Notes: a model not told the origin generated them from the letters alone. Positions 40,616 to 50,978 are shown, numbered from the stretch's first letter. The stretch is DNA of 62,959 nt from Betaproteobacteria bacterium (GCA_025351455.1 JANXVW010000137.1:1-62959); one strand, 5' to 3'. Made by a program: numbers and translations.

Positions 40616-41563
40616 TCAGGCCCTGCCCTGGAGCACGGGAGCGGCGGCGCGGTAATTGAAAAGGATCCGGCGAAAGCGCTCCGGGTCGTGCTTGTGGGTG
40701 AGTTCTCCCGGACGTGGAAGATGGAAATCGTACAGGCGCGAAACCCAGAAGCGCAGTGCGCCAGCGCGCACCATCCACGGCCACGCCGCCTGTTCCTGGC
40801 CGGTGAACGGCCGCACCGACATGTAGGCATTCAGCAATGCGTCCGCGCGCTCGCGGTCGAGCCTGGCGTCGGCATCCATGCACCAGTCGTTCACGGTGAT
40901 GGCCACATCGTAGACAAAACAATCGACGCAGGCGAAATAGAAATCGATGAAACCGCCCACCCGGTCGCCGTCGAACAGCACGTTGTCGCGGAACAAGTCC
41001 GCGTGCACCACGCCGCGCGGCAATCCTTCGCGATGCTGTCGGGCCTGGAAGCGAATTTCCGATTCGAGCAAAGCGGCATCGTCGGCTTTCAGGAATGGAT
41101 AGATCTCCGGCGCGCAGGCCGTCCACCATTTTGCACCGCGCAGGTTCTCCAGCTGCCCGGGATAAGTACGGCCGGCCAGGTGCATTTCCGCGAGGATTTC
41201 GCCGACGCGCGCGCAGTGCTCGGGTCCCGGCGCGGTGACCGGCTGGCCTTCCAGGCACGAGACGATGGCCGCCGGCTTGCCGTTGAGCTCGCCAAGCAAT
41301 TCATTCTGCAGATTGGCGATCGGCTTCGGGCAGGGCAGGCCGTGGCTCGACAGATGGGCCATGAGGTTCAGGTAGAACGGAAGCTCTTTGCTGGTCAGCT
41401 TCTCGAACAGCGTCAGCACATAGCGGCCGTGCGTGGTCGTGACAAAATAATTGGTGTTCTCGATTCCGGAGAGGATCCCGTCCAGCGCATTCGGTACGCC
41501 AATCGAGTAGTTCCTGAGCCAGGCCGAAAGCTGCTCGCGGGTAACGGTGGTAAAAACGGACAT
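40616..41563 (-). CDS. thrB: Homoserine kinase (ThrB, aminoglycoside-phosphotransferase-fold type)
   Basis: MSVFTTVTREQLSAWLRNYSIG......GI.GIENTNYFVTT..GRYVLTLFE... and ...VVHADLFRDNVLF. Confidence 0.9.
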   Translation of the reverse strand: MSVFTTVTREQLSAWLRNYSIGVPNALDGILSGIENTNYFVTTTHGRYVLTLFEKLTSKELPFYLNLMAHLSSHGLPCPKPIANLQNELLGELNGKPAAIVSCLEGQPVTAPGPEHCARVGEILAEMHLAGRTYPGQLENLRGAKWWTACAPEIYPFLKADDAALLESEIRFQARQHREGLPRGVVHADLFRDNVLFDGDRVGGFIDFYFACVDCFVYDVAITVNDWCMDADARLDRERADALLNAYMSVRPFTGQEQAAWPWMVRAGALRFWVSRLYDFHLPRPGELTHKHDPERFRRILFNYRAAAPVLQGRA

Positions 41564-41573
41564 CGGGCGGTTT

Positions 41574-42302
41574 CTAGAGATTCAATTGTGCTTCGCGCTC
41601 GGCGGCGGTGGGCTCGAAACCGCGTTTTTCGTAGTGGTCGAATATTGCAGCGACCACTTTCTCCGGGTCGTCGATCAATTTGATCAGGTCCATGTCGGTG
41701 TCACCGATCATGCCCTCACTCACCATCCGATCCTGGATCCAGTCGATTAGCCCACGCCAATACGAAGATTGCATGAGGATGATGGGGAACCGGCGAATCT
41801 TCCCGGTCTGCACCAGGGTCAGCGCCTCCATCAATTCATCCATGGTGCCGAAGCCGCCCGGCACCACGACGTACGCACAGGCAAACTTGACGAACATGAC
41901 CTTGCGCACGAAAAACCGCGAGAAGGTCTGGCTAATGTCCTGATACTGGTTGGATGACTGCTCGTGCGGCAGTTGGATGTTCAGTCCTACCGAGGGCGAT
42001 CGGCCGGCAAAGGCGCCCTTGTTTGCGGCTTCCATTGCGCCAGGGCCGCCACCTGAGATCACGCTGAATCCCGCGTCGGACAACCGCCGCGACACGTCTT
42101 CGGTCAGCTGATAATACGGATGTCCGCGCGCAATGCGAGCGCTACCGAAGATGCTTACCGCGGGCTGTATGTGAGCCAGGCGTTCGGTTGCTTCTACGAA
42201 CTCTGACATAATTCCGAATACCCGCCAGGATTCCCGCGCCGCCCATGTCTTCTCGACCAGTTCGGGAGCAAGCGGAACAGGGAGCTTCTGCTTTTCGTTC
42301 AT
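41574..42302 (-). CDS. LOG-family (TIGR00730) nucleotide phosphoribohydrolase
   Basis: GGGPGAMEAANKGA and PGGFGTMDEL motifs; 242 aa. Confidence 0.85.
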   Translation of the reverse strand: MNEKQKLPVPLAPELVEKTWAARESWRVFGIMSEFVEATERLAHIQPAVSIFGSARIARGHPYYQLTEDVSRRLSDAGFSVISGGGPGAMEAANKGAFAGRSPSVGLNIQLPHEQSSNQYQDISQTFSRFFVRKVMFVKFACAYVVVPGGFGTMDELMEALTLVQTGKIRRFPIILMQSSYWRGLIDWIQDRMVSEGMIGDTDMDLIKLIDDPEKVVAAIFDHYEKRGFEPTAAEREAQLNL

Positions 42303-42327
42303 ATTGGATTTTCGACGCTGATCGTCA

Positions 42328-45054
42328 ATGAAAACGCTCGTGCTGGTGGATGGTTCTTCCTACCTATATCGCGCATTCCACGCGCTGCCCGACCTGCGCA
42401 ACCGGCACGGCGAACCGACCGGCGCCATCAAGGGCGTGCTGAGCATGCTGGAAAAGCTGCGCAGGGAAACGTCCGCGGATTATATAGCCTGTGTATTCGA
42501 CGCAAAAGGAAAGACCTTCCGCGACGACTGGTATCCGCAGTACAAGGCCACCCGCTCGCCGATGCCGGATGACCTGATGAAGCAGATCGAGCCCCTGCAC
42601 GAGAGCGTCCGGGCGATGGGCTGGCCGTTGCTGATGGTCGAGGGTGTCGAAGCCGACGACGTCATCGGCACCCTGGCGAAACAGGCCGAAGCCGCGGGCG
42701 TGCAGACCATTATTTCCACCGGCGACAAGGACATCACCCAGCTCGTCAACCCGATGGTGAGGCTGGTGAATACCATGTCCAACGAATCCCTCGACGAAAA
42801 AGGCGTGAAAGAGAAATTCGGCGTCGAACCGGCGCAGATCGTCGACTACCTGACCTTGATCGGAGATTCCGTGGACAACGTTCCCGGTGTCGCCAAGGTA
42901 GGCCCGAAGACCGCGGTGAAATGGCTGTCGCAATATGGCACGCTCGACGAAGTCGTTGCCCATGCCGGGGAAATCACCGGCGCGGTCGGCGAGAACCTGC
43001 GCAAGGCGCTGCCATGGCTGCCGACCGCAAAGAAACTGCTGAGCATCAAATGCGACGTACCTTTGCCCGTGGGGGTCGGCGGACTCGAGCCGCAGCCGCG
43101 CAACATCGGCGAACTCACGCGGTTGTTCGAGAGGTTCGAGTTCAAAACCTGGCTGCGGGAACTCGAGGGACAAGGCAGCGCGCCAACGGCGGATGCGCGC
43201 CCTTCATCTCCGGAGGGCGAAAGCCAATACGAGCGCACGCCTCGTGCCCCGACCCAGTACGAAGCCGTCATCGCGGATGATCGGCTGAACGTCTGGATCG
43301 AGAAAATTAAATCAGCCGGGCTGGTATCCATCGACACCGAAACGACCAGCCTGGATCCGCTGACCGCACAACTGGTCGGCATCTCGCTTTGCGTAGAAGC
43401 CAATCAGGCTGCCTACATTCCGGTCGGCCACAACTACAACAGCGCGCCCGCGCAACTGTCCCGCGACCATGTCCTGGCAGCGCTGAAGGACTGGCTGGAA
43501 CACCCACACTTCCGCAAAGTCGGGCAGAACCTCAAATACGACAAGCACGTATTCGCCAATTGCGGAATCCTGCTGGGCGGAATTGAGCACGACACCCTTC
43601 TGCAGTCCTACGTGCTGGAAAGCCATCGCCCGCACGACATGGACAGCCTCGCCGAGCGCCATCTCGACATCACCACCATCACTTACGACGACGTGACCGG
43701 CAAGGGAGCAGGCCGCATACCCTTCGAGCAGGTCGAGGTCGGCCGCGCCACCGAATATGCCGCGGAGGATGCCGATGTGACGTTGCAACTGCACCAGGCG
43801 CTGTATCCGCAGATCGAACAGGATGCGAAGCTGCTGAACATTTACCGCACCATAGAAATACCGGTGATGGAAGTGCTGTTCACCATGGAGCGCAATGGCG
43901 TACTGCTCGACATCCAGCTCCTCGAGCAGCAAAGCCGGGAGCTCGGCATCAAGATGCTGGGGCTCGAGCAGGCGGTGCACATGCAGGCGGGGCAGCCCTT
44001 CAACCTGAATTCGCCGAAGCAACTGCAGGAAATCCTGTTTGAGCGCCATAAGCTTCCGGTGAAGAAGAAAACGCCCGGCGGCCTGCCTTCGACGGACGAG
44101 GACGTGCTGCAGGAACTTGCCCTCGATCATCCGCTTCCCAAGCTCATTCTCGAGTACAGAAGCCTGTCCAAGCTGAAGTCGACTTATACCGACAAGCTCC
44201 CGCGCATGGTGAACGCGCGAACGGGGCGCGTGCATACGAATTATGCGCAGGCGGTCGCGATCACCGGCCGGCTGTCGAGCAACGATCCGAACCTGCAGAA
44301 CATCCCGGTGCGCACCGCGGAAGGCCGCCGTATTCGTGAGGCATTCATCGCGCCGCCGGGTTCGGTCATCATTTCCGCGGACTATTCGCAGATCGAGTTG
44401 CGCATCATGGCGCACCTGTCGCAGGACAAGGGACTGCTCAAGGCGTTCGCCGCCGGCGAAGACGTCCACCGGCATACCGCATCGGAAATCTTCGGCGCCG
44501 AATCGGCGGCGGTGACCAGCGAGCAGCGACGCTACGCCAAAGTCATCAATTTCGGGCTGATATACGGCATGTCCGCCTTTGGACTGGCGTCGCAACTCGG
44601 CATCGAGCGCTCAGCGGCGCAGCAATACATGGAGCGTTATTTCCTGCGGTATCCCGGCGTGAAAGATTACATGGAGCGCACCCGCGAGAGCGCGCGCAAC
44701 CTCGGTTACGTGGAAACCGTGTTCGGGCGCAGGCTCTACCTGCCGGAGATCAAAGCGAGCAATCCCGCGCGACGCCAGGGCTCGGAGCGCGCCGCCATCA
44801 ATGCGCCGATGCAGGGAACCGCGGCCGACCTGATCAAGCTGGCGATGATTGCCGTGCAGGGCTGGATTGCGAAATCGCGCATGAAGAGCCGGCTGATCAT
44901 GCAGGTGCATGACGAACTTGTTCTGGAAGTACCGGAGTCGGAGATCGATTCCGTAAAAACCGAGCTACCGAGACTGATGAACAGCGTCGCGACGCTGGAC
45001 GTGCCGCTCGCGGTGGATCTCGGCGTGGGCCCGAATTGGGAAAAGGCGCACTGA
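42328..45054 (+). CDS. polA: DNA polymerase I
   Basis: 908 aa: a 5'-3' exonuclease N-terminus (LVDGSSYLYRAFHA), a 3'-5' exonuclease domain (SIDTETTSLD) and polymerase motifs (DYSQIELR, QVHDELV). Confidence 0.97.
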   Translation: MKTLVLVDGSSYLYRAFHALPDLRNRHGEPTGAIKGVLSMLEKLRRETSADYIACVFDAKGKTFRDDWYPQYKATRSPMPDDLMKQIEPLHESVRAMGWPLLMVEGVEADDVIGTLAKQAEAAGVQTIISTGDKDITQLVNPMVRLVNTMSNESLDEKGVKEKFGVEPAQIVDYLTLIGDSVDNVPGVAKVGPKTAVKWLSQYGTLDEVVAHAGEITGAVGENLRKALPWLPTAKKLLSIKCDVPLPVGVGGLEPQPRNIGELTRLFERFEFKTWLRELEGQGSAPTADARPSSPEGESQYERTPRAPTQYEAVIADDRLNVWIEKIKSAGLVSIDTETTSLDPLTAQLVGISLCVEANQAAYIPVGHNYNSAPAQLSRDHVLAALKDWLEHPHFRKVGQNLKYDKHVFANCGILLGGIEHDTLLQSYVLESHRPHDMDSLAERHLDITTITYDDVTGKGAGRIPFEQVEVGRATEYAAEDADVTLQLHQALYPQIEQDAKLLNIYRTIEIPVMEVLFTMERNGVLLDIQLLEQQSRELGIKMLGLEQAVHMQAGQPFNLNSPKQLQEILFERHKLPVKKKTPGGLPSTDEDVLQELALDHPLPKLILEYRSLSKLKSTYTDKLPRMVNARTGRVHTNYAQAVAITGRLSSNDPNLQNIPVRTAEGRRIREAFIAPPGSVIISADYSQIELRIMAHLSQDKGLLKAFAAGEDVHRHTASEIFGAESAAVTSEQRRYAKVINFGLIYGMSAFGLASQLGIERSAAQQYMERYFLRYPGVKDYMERTRESARNLGYVETVFGRRLYLPEIKASNPARRQGSERAAINAPMQGTAADLIKLAMIAVQGWIAKSRMKSRLIMQVHDELVLEVPESEIDSVKTELPRLMNSVATLDVPLAVDLGVGPNWEKAH

Positions 45055-45092
45055 CCGGCAAATGCCGGCGACCATCAGCCACCCGGGAGGAG

Positions 45093-45386
45093 TCATTGCA
45101 GGCTGGCCGAACCTGGCCCCATGGTTGGCATCACGTTGCGCGCGCCCAGCGGCAATTTATGGAAAACAAACACAACCGATCCTTTACGCATAGCTGCGAG
45201 GTCGCATGCGTAGGAAAGGGCGGCTTGCGGTGCCTTAAACAGCGCCAGCACACCGCGGATGCCTTCTTCCACGACTTCCCAAAGGCCCGACGCGCCGCGA
45301 ACGATGCGATATGACGGCGGGTAAGGGGTTTGATTGGTTTGCATTGTGGTCCTCCTCGAAGCCTGGTGATGTTTGTAGAAAATCAT
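45093..45386 (-). CDS. Small hypothetical protein (possibly DUF2188-like); start uncertain (45386 or 45344)
   Basis: YRIVRGASGLWEVVEEG......FK.PQAALSYACDLA faintly resembles the DUF2188 pattern. No other support. Confidence 0.3.
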   Translation of the reverse strand: MIFYKHHQASRRTTMQTNQTPYPPSYRIVRGASGLWEVVEEGIRGVLALFKAPQAALSYACDLAAMRKGSVVFVFHKLPLGARNVMPTMGPGSASLQ

Positions 45387-45731
45387 CCCGCATTCGGGTC
45401 AACCATTGCAATCGATGTGCCACCGCGCCATCTCCGCGTCATCGCAAATTTACATGCTGACGCGCCAACGAGTTAGCCATTCGTGCTCCTGCCTGTCGCT
45501 GGCGGAAAACGCTGGCGCGACTGTATGGCTTACAGTCCGGGTGCAATTTTTACTGGTGAACATTTCTGTAATTGTCAGTGCGAATCCGGACTGTTGCGCC
45601 GGACTTGCGCGGGCGGCGTGGCATTCGTTCCCGACACGAGGGCTCGGTTTCAAAATACGAGGCCATGTCGCTAAACACCTTACTTCTTGACCGATCTCCT
45701 TCGCGGTGACAGAAGTTTTTGAACGCGCGAA

Positions 45732-46022
45732 TCAGGAGCGGCTCAGCGTGATGGCTTTTTCCGGACAGGCGACGACGCAGAGTCCACAGGCATGGCAGGC
45801 GTCGGCGTTCGAGGCGAATGCCTGTTGCCAACGGTGAGCGAAGCCTTTAAGTTTTCCGCGCAGGCTTAACCCGCGGCGCAATTCGGCTTCGACGGTTCCC
45901 ATCGTGAATACGTCATAAGGACAGACCGCGACGCATTCCTTCGCGCCTTCGCAGCGATTGCGATCGATGACCGGGTGGAAAACGCCGGGCGGCTGTTTGC
46001 AGTCCTTTTGCTCGCTGTCCAT
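45732..46022 (-). CDS. 2x[4Fe-4S] ferredoxin-family protein
   Basis: The CEGAKECVAVCP and CHACGLCVVACP cluster motifs in 96 aa. Confidence 0.8.
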   Translation of the reverse strand: MDSEQKDCKQPPGVFHPVIDRNRCEGAKECVAVCPYDVFTMGTVEAELRRGLSLRGKLKGFAHRWQQAFASNADACHACGLCVVACPEKAITLSRS

Positions 46023-46049
46023 TGGCGCCGTTCCTTCAGTAAGGCCGCA

Positions 46050-47828
46050 TCAGCCGGCCGGCTGAAGTGCGCGAACCGGTTCGCTGCCGCCAAGCGAATA
46101 CTGGATGCCGTGAAGATTGGCGTAAATGCCGCCCTTGGCCAGCAACTCCCTGTGTGTCCCGATTTCCGCGATCTCGCCCTGGTCGAGCACGACGATACGA
46201 TCCGCATTCTCGATGGTGGACAGCCTGTGTGCGATGACGATCGTCGTTCGACCCTGCATGAGCTCTTCGAGCGCCGCCTGGACATGCTTCTCCGATTCCG
46301 AATCCAGGGCCGAGGTCGCCTCGTCCAGGATCAGGATCGGGGCGTCTTTCAAAATCGTGCGCGCAATCGCCAGGCGCTGACGCTGGCCGCCTGACAGGCG
46401 GACGCCGTTTTCACCGATCAGCGTGTTGAAACCCTGCGGCATGGCACGAATGAATTCCAGTGCATGCGCTCCTTCGGCTGCACTTTCGATCGCCTCCCGA
46501 CTTGCTCCCGCGGCCTGGCCATACGCGATGTTCGCCGCCACGGTATCGTTGAACAGCGCGACTTCCTGGCTCACCAGCGCGATATTCCTGCGCAAGCTCG
46601 CCAGCGAAAGTGCTTCGATGTCATGGCCGTCTATCGTGATGGTTCCCGCATCGGGGTGGTAGAAGCGCGGCACCAGATTCGCGAACGTCGTTTTCCCGCC
46701 GCCCGACGAACCGACCAGGGCGATGGTCTCCCCGGACCGGATCGACAGCGTGACATTTTTCAGTGCCGGCACGTCGGCACGCGGATAACGGAAGCCGACA
46801 TTGTTAAAACTGATGTCCCCATGCGCGCGTTCGAGCGATGTGGTTCCTTCGTCCTTCTCCGGCTTCTCGTCCAACAGGGCGAACACACTCTCCGCTGCTG
46901 CAAGGCCCCGCTGCAAATGCTCGGCTACGCCGGTCAGCCGTTTCAAGGGCGAGGTCAACAACAGCATGGCAGCGAGGAAGGAAACGAATCCACCGACTGT
47001 CGTCGCATCGGACTGTGCCTGCTTGGTTGCATAATAGACAACGACGGCGACGGCTATCGCCGCAAGCAATTGCACGATCGGCACGTTGCCGGCAGCGGCC
47101 GCCGTCTGTTTCATGCTGAAGCTGCGCAGCCGGTTGCTGGTCGCGGCGAAACGCTGCGCTTCGTATTCCTGTCCGCCGAAAATCTTCACCACTTTGTTGC
47201 ACTCGACCGTTTCCTGCAGGACCTGGGTGATGTCGCCCATCGCATCCTGGGTTTTGCGGCTCACGTTGCGCAACCGAACATTGAAGTAGCGCACCACCAC
47301 CGCGATCGGCGGAACCATGATCAGCGACAACAGGGTCAGTTTCCAGTCTAGATAGAGCAGGTAAGCCAGCAGGCCGATCAGCGTCACGGAATCCTTGATC
47401 AGCACCGTAACCACGTTGGTGGCCGCGCCGGTAACCTGGGCTGCATCGAAAGTAAATCGTGAAATCAGATTGCCCGTGGTGTTGTCATGAAAATAGCCGA
47501 GCGGCAGGGCGAGCATCCGGCGGAACATCATGTCGCGCAGGTCCATCACCACCTTGTTGCCGACCCATGCACTGGCATAAGTTCCGAGGTACGCGCCCGC
47601 ACCGCGCACGATGTAGAGGAGCACCATGAACACCGGCACCCAGGTGATCAGGAAAGGATCCTTGTTGACAAAGGTGCCGTCGAGGAAAGGCTTCACCGCA
47701 ACCGGCAATGCAACTTCGGTGGCCGCCGTGATCAGCATGCCGACGATCGACAGCGCGAATACGCCCCAGTACGGCTTGACGTAGCGGAGCAGGCGGAAAT
47801 AGAGCTGGGTACTGGTCATCTGTAGCAT
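46050..47828 (-). CDS. msbA: Lipid A export ATP-binding/permease protein MsbA
   Basis: 592 aa: a 6-TM ABC exporter domain plus an NBD with Walker A GSSGGGKTT, signature LSGGQRQR and Walker B ILILDEATSALD. Confidence 0.9.
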   Translation of the reverse strand: MLQMTSTQLYFRLLRYVKPYWGVFALSIVGMLITAATEVALPVAVKPFLDGTFVNKDPFLITWVPVFMVLLYIVRGAGAYLGTYASAWVGNKVVMDLRDMMFRRMLALPLGYFHDNTTGNLISRFTFDAAQVTGAATNVVTVLIKDSVTLIGLLAYLLYLDWKLTLLSLIMVPPIAVVVRYFNVRLRNVSRKTQDAMGDITQVLQETVECNKVVKIFGGQEYEAQRFAATSNRLRSFSMKQTAAAAGNVPIVQLLAAIAVAVVVYYATKQAQSDATTVGGFVSFLAAMLLLTSPLKRLTGVAEHLQRGLAAAESVFALLDEKPEKDEGTTSLERAHGDISFNNVGFRYPRADVPALKNVTLSIRSGETIALVGSSGGGKTTFANLVPRFYHPDAGTITIDGHDIEALSLASLRRNIALVSQEVALFNDTVAANIAYGQAAGASREAIESAAEGAHALEFIRAMPQGFNTLIGENGVRLSGGQRQRLAIARTILKDAPILILDEATSALDSESEKHVQAALEELMQGRTTIVIAHRLSTIENADRIVVLDQGEIAEIGTHRELLAKGGIYANLHGIQYSLGGSEPVRALQPAG

Positions 47829-47873
47829 GGCCGCACAATAGCAAAACTACAGGGGTAGCGGACACGACAGGGA

Positions 47874-47898
47874 CAAAAAGGCCCGGCAGGGCCGGGCC
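47874..47898 (-). terminator. Rho-independent terminator after the TonB-dependent receptor gene
   Basis: On the minus strand, GGCCCGGC-CCT-GCCGGGCC followed by TTTTTG, about 20 nt after the stop at 47920. Confidence 0.7.
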
Positions 47899-47919
47899 GT
47901 GAACAGTGAGGTTCAGCGC

Positions 47920-49917
47920 TTATTTGCCGAAACGATACTGCACCGAGACAAGGAAATTACGCTCGGGGGACGGATAGGCGATGAACGTGTTGGTGGGGAA
48001 GGTAATCGCCAGTGCATAGGTGGAATACTTTTCGTCGAACAGGTTTCTTACCGACGCGCCGAAAGTCCAGGCGTCGATCGTGTGGAAAACGCCCAGGTCT
48101 GCCGTCCAATAGGACGGCATTTCCCTTCCAAAGGTATTCAATTCATCGCCGTCGTAGAGCTGGCTTCCGACATAGTTTGCGGCGGCATTCAACCGCGTGC
48201 GTTCCCATATGGACCAGTCGATCCCGACGTTGGCCATGTGGCGCGGGACTAAGGGAATGCGATTGCCGGATACATCTATTCCTCCGAGGGAGGCCGAACG
48301 GAATTTCGCCTCGGTGTACGTGTAATTCGCGAACAGCAGTGCACTTATGGTCAGCGTCCATTTGCCCTCCAGTGTCACGCCCGACCGTTTGGTCGGCGGC
48401 AGATTGACGTTTGCAAACGCGTTGGAATCGAAATGGATCTCGTTTTTGAGGTCGGAACGATAGACGGCTATCCGGTATCGGCCCGGGCCAAATTGCGTCT
48501 CGAGGCCGAGTTCCGCGTCGTGCGAAGTCTGCGGCTCGATGAATGTCACCGTCGGTGGAATAAAAAAGGCACCAAGGCCGGGAGAATATATTTCGTCCAG
48601 GGTCGCAATGCGGAAACTGTATCCGTATTTTCCGTAGATTGCCGCGCTGCCATTGAACTGGTGGCGTGCGCCGATTTCATAAGCGGAAAGATTGCGCGTC
48701 TGTTCTCCCGACGCGCCACCCGCGGGAACGGTGGAGTCGCTTGCATCGAACTCGATTCTTTGCAATCGCCCGCCGAGCGACATCGTTGTTCCTGGCAGCA
48801 GGGTAGAGACATTTTGGAGATACACCGCGGAATTTTTTTGCTTCGCGGTAGCAGAGGCGGGATTGTTGCGCACCGAGGTGTAATCCCAATCTTCCCAATC
48901 CGCTCCGAAAACAAGGCTGTTGTTCACGCCGAATGCAGCGTAGGGAAGCTTGGCTCTCGGCGAAAAACTCCATGTCTCCACTTTAGTGTTGCCGTCCAGG
49001 GTCAATCCCGAGAACGCTGCATGAAAGTCGTTTTTCTTTTCGCGATAACCCAGGTCTGCGATCAGCTCGGCATCGCCCAGCCTGAATTTTCCGGAAAGAT
49101 TGGCGAAACCGCCACTGCGATTGGAAAAGTCCTCGGGCGTTCTCGTGCCGCGGCGATCGGTATCCAATTCCGCCTCGGTGCGGGTACCGGGCAAACGCAG
49201 GTCCTGCTTGTCGTAGCCGAGCTTGAGGTTGAGAGTGTGATTGGGATCGAAATTGCGCAGGTCGGCGACAAAGTTATCCTGCACGACACGATTATTTTCC
49301 CGGAAATTATCCGAAGTGTAGTGACCCCCATTCAATCCAAGTCCGACCGTCTCGCTTGCGATCTGTCCGCCCACTCGGTAGTCCCGGGTGTTGTAGCTGC
49401 CGCCGCCGGCGTAGGTGTCGAATGATTTGCTCGCGGAAACAGGGCCTTTGGTGATGACATTGATCACGCCGCCGGTCGCACCCCCGCCATAGAGGACAGC
49501 GCCGCTGCCGCGAACTATTTCGATGCGGTCGATGGATTCGAGGGGGATGGAGGACCAGCGTGCGGTAGTAAGTTCGTACTCGCTCAAGCGCCGGCCATCT
49601 AGGAGGACCAGCGTGTTCTGATCGCCGGTAACGCCAAATCCCCGCAAATCCACCTGCATGTCCGGGCTGCCGCTGTTATCGCGCACGAACACACCGGGCT
49701 GGCGGGAAAGCAACCTGGGCAGCGAAGTTTCCCCGCTATTGCGAATTTCTTCGCCGGTGATAACGGTCACGCCGATTGGCTGGTCGCCGGGCTTTTCCTC
49801 GAAACGCGAAGCCGTAACCACGACTTCATCCGCAACCAGATCCGGATTTTTTTGCGCATGGGCGCTGATGCTGGCCAGACAACCGGCCAGCAGGACGTAC
49901 ATCTGATTTTTGTTCAT
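47920..49917 (-). CDS. TonB-dependent outer-membrane receptor under cobalamin-riboswitch control (BtuB-like)
   Basis: A signal peptide from the ATG at 49917 (SD GGGGAG), TonB box-like DEVVVTASR, plug motifs, and a terminal ...VQYRFGK. A cobalamin riboswitch lies in the leader. Confidence 0.88.
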   Translation of the reverse strand: MNKNQMYVLLAGCLASISAHAQKNPDLVADEVVVTASRFEEKPGDQPIGVTVITGEEIRNSGETSLPRLLSRQPGVFVRDNSGSPDMQVDLRGFGVTGDQNTLVLLDGRRLSEYELTTARWSSIPLESIDRIEIVRGSGAVLYGGGATGGVINVITKGPVSASKSFDTYAGGGSYNTRDYRVGGQIASETVGLGLNGGHYTSDNFRENNRVVQDNFVADLRNFDPNHTLNLKLGYDKQDLRLPGTRTEAELDTDRRGTRTPEDFSNRSGGFANLSGKFRLGDAELIADLGYREKKNDFHAAFSGLTLDGNTKVETWSFSPRAKLPYAAFGVNNSLVFGADWEDWDYTSVRNNPASATAKQKNSAVYLQNVSTLLPGTTMSLGGRLQRIEFDASDSTVPAGGASGEQTRNLSAYEIGARHQFNGSAAIYGKYGYSFRIATLDEIYSPGLGAFFIPPTVTFIEPQTSHDAELGLETQFGPGRYRIAVYRSDLKNEIHFDSNAFANVNLPPTKRSGVTLEGKWTLTISALLFANYTYTEAKFRSASLGGIDVSGNRIPLVPRHMANVGIDWSIWERTRLNAAANYVGSQLYDGDELNTFGREMPSYWTADLGVFHTIDAWTFGASVRNLFDEKYSTYALAITFPTNTFIAYPSPERNFLVSVQYRFGK

Positions 49918-50029
49918 TACAGCTCCCCTGATGCACAAGCCCGCCGCATGCGCGAATGTTAGAAAGGGAGTTCAGCAAGGAACAAGGCTGGTGAAGGGGA
50001 TACCCACACCGGATGCCCGCCCCGCGCGG

Positions 50030-50260
50030 AATCTCCGTTCGCGTCCAATGGGCCGGTATCCGGGCTTGCGCTTCGGGCGTGCCGCCTTCCCATGAGGGTT
50101 CACCGTTGTTCCGGCCAGCCTTCACAGTGGCATCGTGACACGCCCCAATAGTCGCCTACCGTTGCGGGGGCAGCACAGGAATAGCGCCGCTGGGAGCATA
50201 CAGCCCCGGCAAACGCGCACCTGTTTCCCGTTTGACCCCTCCAAAGAAAATTGGGCGGGG
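50030..50260 (-). promoter_or_regulatory. Cobalamin (B12) riboswitch
   Basis: The minus strand reads ...GGGAAACAGGTGCG...GCTGCCCCCGCAACGGTA...GCCACTG...GGGAAGGC...AAGCCCGGATACCGGCC. These are the conserved core blocks plus a B12-box-like element at 50051-50067. The limits are approximate. Confidence 0.8.
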
Positions 50261-50447
50261 CACCCGAGAACGTGCGGCGATTCTAACCTATTGGCATGTG
50301 TGGCCGGCAAACGGGTTTGCCTCGTTGGGGCAAGTGGTCGGTTGTTGAGCCGCTCCAAGGTGGTCGAGAAGGGGCGTCACTACATATGCCAAAGCACATT
50401 CAAAAAAATCCGTTAGCAGTTGACTTGTCACGCTTTTCATAACTATA

Positions 50448-50657
50448 GTGGAACCCATGGAAGCCGAGCTTACCGCCCTCGACGACAAGATAAGTCAACT
50501 CGTGCAGCTGACGCTGAAACTCCGCCAGGACAATTCCCAACTGCGGCAGAATCTGGCATCCGCACAAGGCGAGAACAAGCGTCTTGCGGAGAAAGTGAAT
50601 ACGGCCGCGGTTAGACTCGAAACCCTGCTTGCGCAGATTCCGGACGGCGCGGAATGA
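50448..50657 (+). CDS. ZapB-like coiled-coil protein (TIGR02449-type) upstream of zapA
   Basis: A 69-aa heptad-rich coiled coil (LDDKISQLVQLTLKLRQDNSQLRQNLA...). Its stop overlaps the zapA start by 4 nt. Confidence 0.65.
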   Translation: MEPMEAELTALDDKISQLVQLTLKLRQDNSQLRQNLASAQGENKRLAEKVNTAAVRLETLLAQIPDGAE

Positions 50658-50968
50658 GCACCCAGACCAAAGGCGGCCTCGATGTAAGCATCATGGGCCG
50701 CGAATTCCGCATCGCCTGCGCCGAGGAAGAACAGAGGGACCTGCTCAAGGCAACCGAATACCTCAACAACAAGATGCGCGAAATACGCGATGCCGGAAAG
50801 GTCATCGGCGTCGAGCGCATTGCCATCATGGCGGCGCTGAACATCACGCACGAATTCCTTTCCACGCGGGTGGAAGGCGGATTTGATGTCGGCGAGTTTA
50901 AGCGTAGAATCTCCAGCATGCAGGCAGCCATCGACCAGGCCCTGAACGGTCAGGATGAGTTGTTCTGA
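50654..50968 (+). CDS. zapA: Cell division protein ZapA
   Basis: VSIMGREFRIACAEEEQRDLLKATEYLNNKMREIRD.GKVIGVERIAIMAALNITHEF. Confidence 0.88.
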   Translation: MSTQTKGGLDVSIMGREFRIACAEEEQRDLLKATEYLNNKMREIRDAGKVIGVERIAIMAALNITHEFLSTRVEGGFDVGEFKRRISSMQAAIDQALNGQDELF

Positions 50969-50978
50969 CACCAGTCAA

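Noticed and set aside
39843-41258. 471-aa version of the membrane-protein ORF
   Set aside because: The first 221 codons run antisense through thrB and are Arg/Pro/Gly-rich. The hydrophobic BPSS1780-like protein starts at the internal ATG at 40595.
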